Shown piece after piece: positions 46,285-50,622 of a stretch of 50,622 nucleotides of DNA. The DNA lies in the sequence record SRR31156797_1849, one strand, 5' to 3'. The position numbers and the translations under genes are program-made. The notes beneath the pieces are model-generated. The model ran no database searches. It worked only from the letters and a program-made list of their open reading frames with translations, and was not told the DNA's origin. Numbering within the stretch: the first letter of the stretch is position 1; every line of letters begins with the position of its first letter.

Positions 46285-46917
46285 TTAGGATTTAAAGCGG
46301 GCGGGTATCCCTACTGCCGTGACATCATCCGGGATGTTTTTGATCGCTGTTGATCCACCACCAAGTGTGGCTCTATTGCCGATCATTGTCCGGGGCAAAA
46401 CCGTAGCTCCGATACCGACCATGGTCTCTTCGCCGATAACAACCTCACCGCCCAGCGTCGAACCCGGTGCCACATGCGCATGTGGGCCGATTCTATTATG
46501 ATGTTCAATGGTTGAGTTGGTATTTATGATGGTGTTGTTTTTAATTTCAGCGCCAGTGTTGATGACCGCCCCTGCCAGAATCATGCAACCGTCACCTATC
46601 TTTACATTGGGTGCGATTATGGCTGAAGGATGGACAACCGTGAAAAGTTTTTCCCCGGCTTTAATCAGTTCGTTGTAAATTCGTTTACGCAATCCGTTAT
46701 TGCCGATAGCGATGACAATGCCATCATGTTCAATCTTGCTGATCGTTGCCCTGCCTCCCGGTATGGGAATGCCCATGACTTCGCTGCCGATCACATTTGG
46801 ATTTTCATCCACGAAGGCAACAGGCTCAGCTCCTTCCATCTGTAATAGGGCATCGGCCACGACCTGCCCGTGTCCGCCGGCGCCCACAATGATGATTTTT
46901 CCCATGCTATTTTTCAT
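46285..46917 (-). CDS. pglD: Sugar N-acetyltransferase (PglD/NeuD family)
   Basis: VGAGGHGQVV, AIGNN..R, HPSA, IEHH, hexapeptide repeats, VGIPAR. Start 46917 or 46905. Confidence 0.85.
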   Translation of the reverse strand: MKNSMGKIIIVGAGGHGQVVADALLQMEGAEPVAFVDENPNVIGSEVMGIPIPGGRATISKIEHDGIVIAIGNNGLRKRIYNELIKAGEKLFTVVHPSAIIAPNVKIGDGCMILAGAVINTGAEIKNNTIINTNSTIEHHNRIGPHAHVAPGSTLGGEVVIGEETMVGIGATVLPRTMIGNRATLGGGSTAIKNIPDDVTAVGIPARFKS

Positions 46918-47512
46918 TTTGGCTGCCCATGAATTCCTGCGCTGTGGCCTGTCCGGGCTGGGAGATGCCTTCGCGTTTGAACACGCGGGCCACTGTCAGG
47001 TATAAAATTTTAATATCCAGCAGCAGGTTGTGGTTGTCCACATACCAGACATCAAGCTTGAATTTATCTTCCCATGATATAGCGTTGCGGCCGTTAATCT
47101 GTGCCCATCCGGTGATTCCGGGGAGGACATCGTGGCGGCGGGCCTGTTCCGGGCTGTAGCGTTCAAGGTATTGCATAAGCAGGGGGCGTGGTCCTACCAA
47201 GGACATGTCTCCGAAAATTACGTTGATCAGTTCCGGCAATTCGTCCAGTGAAGTGGAGCGCAGGATTTTACCGAATTTGCTCAGCCGTTCTGAATCCGGG
47301 AGCAGGTTGCCATGCTCGTCCTTGGCGTCGGACATGGTTTTGAACTTAATGATATTAAAAGGTTGTCCGTGCAGCCCCGGTCGGCGCTGAATGAAGAAGA
47401 TACCACCGCCCATTTTTTTATGAATGGCAATGGCTACCCCGACCAGAACGGGAAAGAAAATGATCAGTGCGCTGATGGAAACAACAAGGTCAAAACATCT
47501 TTTAACGGTCAT
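46907..47512 (-). CDS. pglC: Undecaprenyl-phosphate phosphoglycosyltransferase (PglC)
   Basis: KRCFD, RPG, KFKTM, SLDELPEL.NV..GDMSLVGPRP, PGITGWAQINGRN. Confidence 0.92.
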   Translation of the reverse strand: MTVKRCFDLVVSISALIIFFPVLVGVAIAIHKKMGGGIFFIQRRPGLHGQPFNIIKFKTMSDAKDEHGNLLPDSERLSKFGKILRSTSLDELPELINVIFGDMSLVGPRPLLMQYLERYSPEQARRHDVLPGITGWAQINGRNAISWEDKFKLDVWYVDNHNLLLDIKILYLTVARVFKREGISQPGQATAQEFMGSQNEK

Positions 47513-47514
47513 AA

Positions 47515-48624
47515 TTAAAGTCCCATGGCTTTCATAATGGTCGCATTGACCTTGTTAACATCAAATTTTTTAGCAACATATTTTAAAGAAGCATCACCCA
47601 TATTTTGCAGAAGCTCAGACTGGAGAATGAACTTTTCCATAGCCTGTTCCAGTGCGGAAATATCTTTTACCGGAACCATGAAGCCGTTCTGTCCTTCAAT
47701 TACTGTTTCCCGGCATCCGGTGGTATCGGTGGTTACGATGGGCCTTGCGGTTGCCATGGCTTCCAGTACCGAGCGCGGGGTCCCTTCCCTGTAGGAAGGC
47801 AATACATAGACCGAGCAGTTTTCCAGCTCTTCGCGCACATCGTCAACCGGTCCGAGGCATTCAACTCCGCCATTCTGCCATGTTGTGATAAGATCGTCAC
47901 TTATTGAATCCGGGCCATGATCGTGGGGGCCGACCAGTCTGAATTTTGCTTGCGGATACTTCTTTTTTAACCGTAGGGATGCTTCTCCGAATTCTCGCAC
48001 ACCCTTTTCTTTAAGCAGCCGGGAAATACATAAGAATACAGTACTGCCTTCCGGCACGGGTGAACTTGTATAGTGTCCAAGGTCAACCCCTGAACCATTG
48101 GTGATAGCTGTCGTTTTATTCTGCGGGATGATGCCCAGCTTTTTGAACAAATCCCGGTCATCCGGGTTTTGGAACATGACTGCTTTATTGCAGGCCAGAC
48201 CTGCGCGGTACATGTTTTTGACAAGTTTAAAGAGTATTCCCCGTTTACCGGAAGTCTGTCCGAAGGCATAGCCCAGTCCGGTAATCATGGAATATATATT
48301 TTTTATCCCGGCCAGTTTTGCAGCAATGGAGCCATAGATTACCGGTTTGATGGTGTAGGAAAGTATTGCATCTGCTTTGATTCCCTTTAAAATTTTGACC
48401 AGCGCGAAAAGAGTCGCCAAATCTCTGATAGGATTCATGCCCTTGCGTTGAATGGGGGCTTCGAGATATTTAACACCCATTGCTGCCAGCTTTTCAGGCA
48501 CTTCCGGGGAATCAAGCGGAGCAATGCCATAGACTTCATGTCCGGCATCTTTCATGGCACGCAGCATGGGGCCGCGAAAATTTATAAGTGATGGGCCGTA
48601 GCCGCCTATTACTGCTACTTTCAT
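47515..48624 (-). CDS. Glycosyltransferase family 4 (PglA/CapM-like)
   Basis: SLINFRG, YTIKPVIYG, ITGLG, FQNPDD, GSGVD, RLLKEKG, LPSYREGTPRSVLEAMA. Confidence 0.9.
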   Translation of the reverse strand: MKVAVIGGYGPSLINFRGPMLRAMKDAGHEVYGIAPLDSPEVPEKLAAMGVKYLEAPIQRKGMNPIRDLATLFALVKILKGIKADAILSYTIKPVIYGSIAAKLAGIKNIYSMITGLGYAFGQTSGKRGILFKLVKNMYRAGLACNKAVMFQNPDDRDLFKKLGIIPQNKTTAITNGSGVDLGHYTSSPVPEGSTVFLCISRLLKEKGVREFGEASLRLKKKYPQAKFRLVGPHDHGPDSISDDLITTWQNGGVECLGPVDDVREELENCSVYVLPSYREGTPRSVLEAMATARPIVTTDTTGCRETVIEGQNGFMVPVKDISALEQAMEKFILQSELLQNMGDASLKYVAKKFDVNKVNATIMKAMGL

Positions 48625-50588
48625 TACCCAATCTCCCAGTGTTCGCACCATGACTGGAACATGAGCACACTCCAGATTTTGTACTGGTTGTCCTTGATTC
48701 CGGTCAGATGCTCATTCCATGCAAGGCGGATTTCACCCGAATTAAAATAGCCCGCGTGGTCCAATCTGTCCGGGGCCAGTAGTTCTTCGGCCCATTCCCG
48801 CAGTGGACCGCGTAGCCAGTTGTCGATGGGTACGCCAAAGCCCATTTTGGGTCGCTCAATCATTTCTTGCGGTACGTATTTGTAGAGGATTTCGCGCAAA
48901 ATGTGTTTGCCTTGTCCATTGTTGATGCGCAGGTGCATGGGCAGACGCTGGGAAAATTCTACGATTTCATGATCCAGAAACGGAGCACGGGTTTCTAGGC
49001 TGATGCCCATGGCTGCCCGATCCACCTTGGTCAGGATATCGTCGGTCATGTAATTGGCTGCGTCCATGAACTGCATCCACGCGGTCAGATTTTGCTGTGG
49101 AGGTTGGCGGTTGGCATGTTGGAACGGGCCTTTGAATTCATTGGCATTGCGTACAACAACTTCGGGATTGAGCCAGATGGAGGTCAGGTCTCGGTAGTAT
49201 TCGGATGCGGATGCAGCGCCCATTACATCGGCCAGCTTGTGCAGTTTCTGTCCTGGAAGGCGCATCTGTAAAGCAGGCGGCAAGAACGAACCGTACATTT
49301 TAAAGACTTTGTTCCAGCTCTGAGGGGAAATGTTGGAAATCATCCTTGCACCCATTTTACGCAGGGGGGCGGGAATGTTTTCCAGTTTGCGCCACAGGGA
49401 GCAGCCTTTGAAGTGGCGGTTGTAGCCAGCGAAAAGTTCATCACCGCCGTCGCCGGAAAGTGCTACGGTTACATGTTCACGGGTCATGCGTGAGACAAGG
49501 TGGGTGGGAATCTGCGAGGAGTCGGAAAAAGGCTGATCCCAGATTTGCGGGATCTGCGGGATGATGTCCAGCGCGTCCTGTGGCGAAACATACAGCTCAG
49601 TGTGTTCCGTGCCGATGTGTTTGGCAACGGTCTTGGCGTCGTCCGCTTCGTTGTATGCTTCATCATCAAAGCCGATGGTAAAAGTCTTGACCGGGGCCAG
49701 CGCGCATTGTTGCATCAGGGCCACGATAAGTGAGGAGTCCACCCCGCCGGAAAGGAATGCTCCCAGTGGCACGTCTGAAATCATTTCCCTTTCAATGACT
49801 TTGAGTAGCAAATCTTCCAGAGTCTCGACGATAGTTTCGTCTGGGGCAGTGAAAATTTTGTTTTCTGCTTCGCGGGCGCAGTCCAGCAGGGACCAGTATG
49901 GGCGGGGTTCCATGAGTTCCCCGTCTGGTCGCAGGCAGGTCCATGTCCCGGGCATCAGGCAGAATGTGTCTTTGAAGATTGTGCGCGGGGCAGGGACATA
50001 GCAATAGCGCAAGTAAGCGGCCAGCGAGTCGCGGTCCACTGTGCGATTGAAATATTTTTTGTAGCCCATGAGTGCTTTCAGCTCTGAGCCGAAGAGAAAA
50101 TTACTCCCCTGTCTTGAGTAGTAGAGCGGTTTTTCGCCCATGCGGTCACGGGCAAGCAGCAGGCAATGCTCTTTGCGGTCCCAGATGGCAATGGCGAACA
50201 TGCCGTTGAACCGTTTCAAGGCTTCTTCAAAGCCCCATTGTTCAACAGCTTCCAGCATGACTTCGGTATCGGAATGACCACGCCAGCCCGGAAAGCCTTC
50301 TGTCTGTTCTAGTTCCGCACGCAGGTCGCGGTAATTATAGATTTCGCCGTTGTAGACGGTGACGTAGCGGCCTGACTTGGAATGCATGGGCTGCACGCCT
50401 TCTTCGGTCAGGTCGATGATGGCAAGGCGTCGGTGGTCGAGGCCTACACCCCATTCCGGGTCGGCCCATTGTCCGGAGCCGTCCGGGCCGCGCATGTTCT
50501 GGGCGTCACCCATCTTGCGGACTATGCGTTCGAGACGTTTCGCATCAGATGAATGGCTAAGATCAATAAAGCCAGCGATTCCACACAT
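48624..50588 (-). CDS. asnB: Asparagine synthase (glutamine-hydrolysing) family amidotransferase
   Basis: N-terminal MCGIAG, RGPD, HRRLAIID, YNGEIYN, FLSGGVDSS, SGDGGDELFAGY, LTKVDR, KMGFGVP. Confidence 0.93.
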   Translation of the reverse strand: MCGIAGFIDLSHSSDAKRLERIVRKMGDAQNMRGPDGSGQWADPEWGVGLDHRRLAIIDLTEEGVQPMHSKSGRYVTVYNGEIYNYRDLRAELEQTEGFPGWRGHSDTEVMLEAVEQWGFEEALKRFNGMFAIAIWDRKEHCLLLARDRMGEKPLYYSRQGSNFLFGSELKALMGYKKYFNRTVDRDSLAAYLRYCYVPAPRTIFKDTFCLMPGTWTCLRPDGELMEPRPYWSLLDCAREAENKIFTAPDETIVETLEDLLLKVIEREMISDVPLGAFLSGGVDSSLIVALMQQCALAPVKTFTIGFDDEAYNEADDAKTVAKHIGTEHTELYVSPQDALDIIPQIPQIWDQPFSDSSQIPTHLVSRMTREHVTVALSGDGGDELFAGYNRHFKGCSLWRKLENIPAPLRKMGARMISNISPQSWNKVFKMYGSFLPPALQMRLPGQKLHKLADVMGAASASEYYRDLTSIWLNPEVVVRNANEFKGPFQHANRQPPQQNLTAWMQFMDAANYMTDDILTKVDRAAMGISLETRAPFLDHEIVEFSQRLPMHLRINNGQGKHILREILYKYVPQEMIERPKMGFGVPIDNWLRGPLREWAEELLAPDRLDHAGYFNSGEIRLAWNEHLTGIKDNQYKIWSVLMFQSWCEHWEIG

Positions 50589-50593
50589 TTTGT

Positions 50594-50622
50594 ATGCCTC
50601 CGGCGGCCCTGCCGGGGGCCTT
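50594..50622 (-). repeat. End of a second copy of the REP/MITE-like element (truncated by window edge)
   Basis: GCCTCCGGCGG (50596-50606) is the reverse complement of 2778-2788. Confidence 0.5.

Noticed and set aside
1-50622. rRNA, tRNA, IS/transposase, integrase or prophage
   Set aside because: None recognisable. Intergenic gaps are short and all long ORFs have other assignments; a covariance-model scan would be needed to exclude small RNAs.

Overview
Bacterial chromosomal window, probably Desulfovibrionaceae (Maridesulfovibrio-like); this is inferred from protein and intergenic-repeat style and is not verified. Bases 1-9.4 kb hold housekeeping and envelope genes: a DUF3426-type acidic membrane protein, radA, a UDP-GlcNAc 2-epimerase, MscS, cysC, a FabH-like enzyme and a GT9. 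The rest appears to be one surface-glycoprotein locus. The + strand encodes a CPBP/CAAX-type intramembrane protease, a GspD secretin, a GspE ATPase and an STT3/PglB oligosaccharyltransferase. These are followed by a strongly codon-biased secreted Ser/Thr/Asn-rich protein with 25 N-X-S/T sequons (hand count) and a Cys-TM-basic C-terminal sorting signal, and then a nonulosonic-acid (NeuBCA-like) cluster. Converging on it from the - strand is a ~26 kb glycan cluster: pglFEDC/A-like genes, a PglK-like flippase, WbpB/E/D-like enzymes, AsnB, glycosyltransferases, radical SAM/SPASM, FemAB/GNAT, methyl- and acyl-transferases, and a UDP-sulfoquinovose synthase. The best hypothesis is an archaeal-style, heavily N-glycosylated, C-terminally processed S-layer-like protein, exported with a dedicated secretin/ATPase pair and possibly carrying sulfoquinovose and/or a nonulosonate. 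All family calls come from motif recognition by eye; no database search was run.
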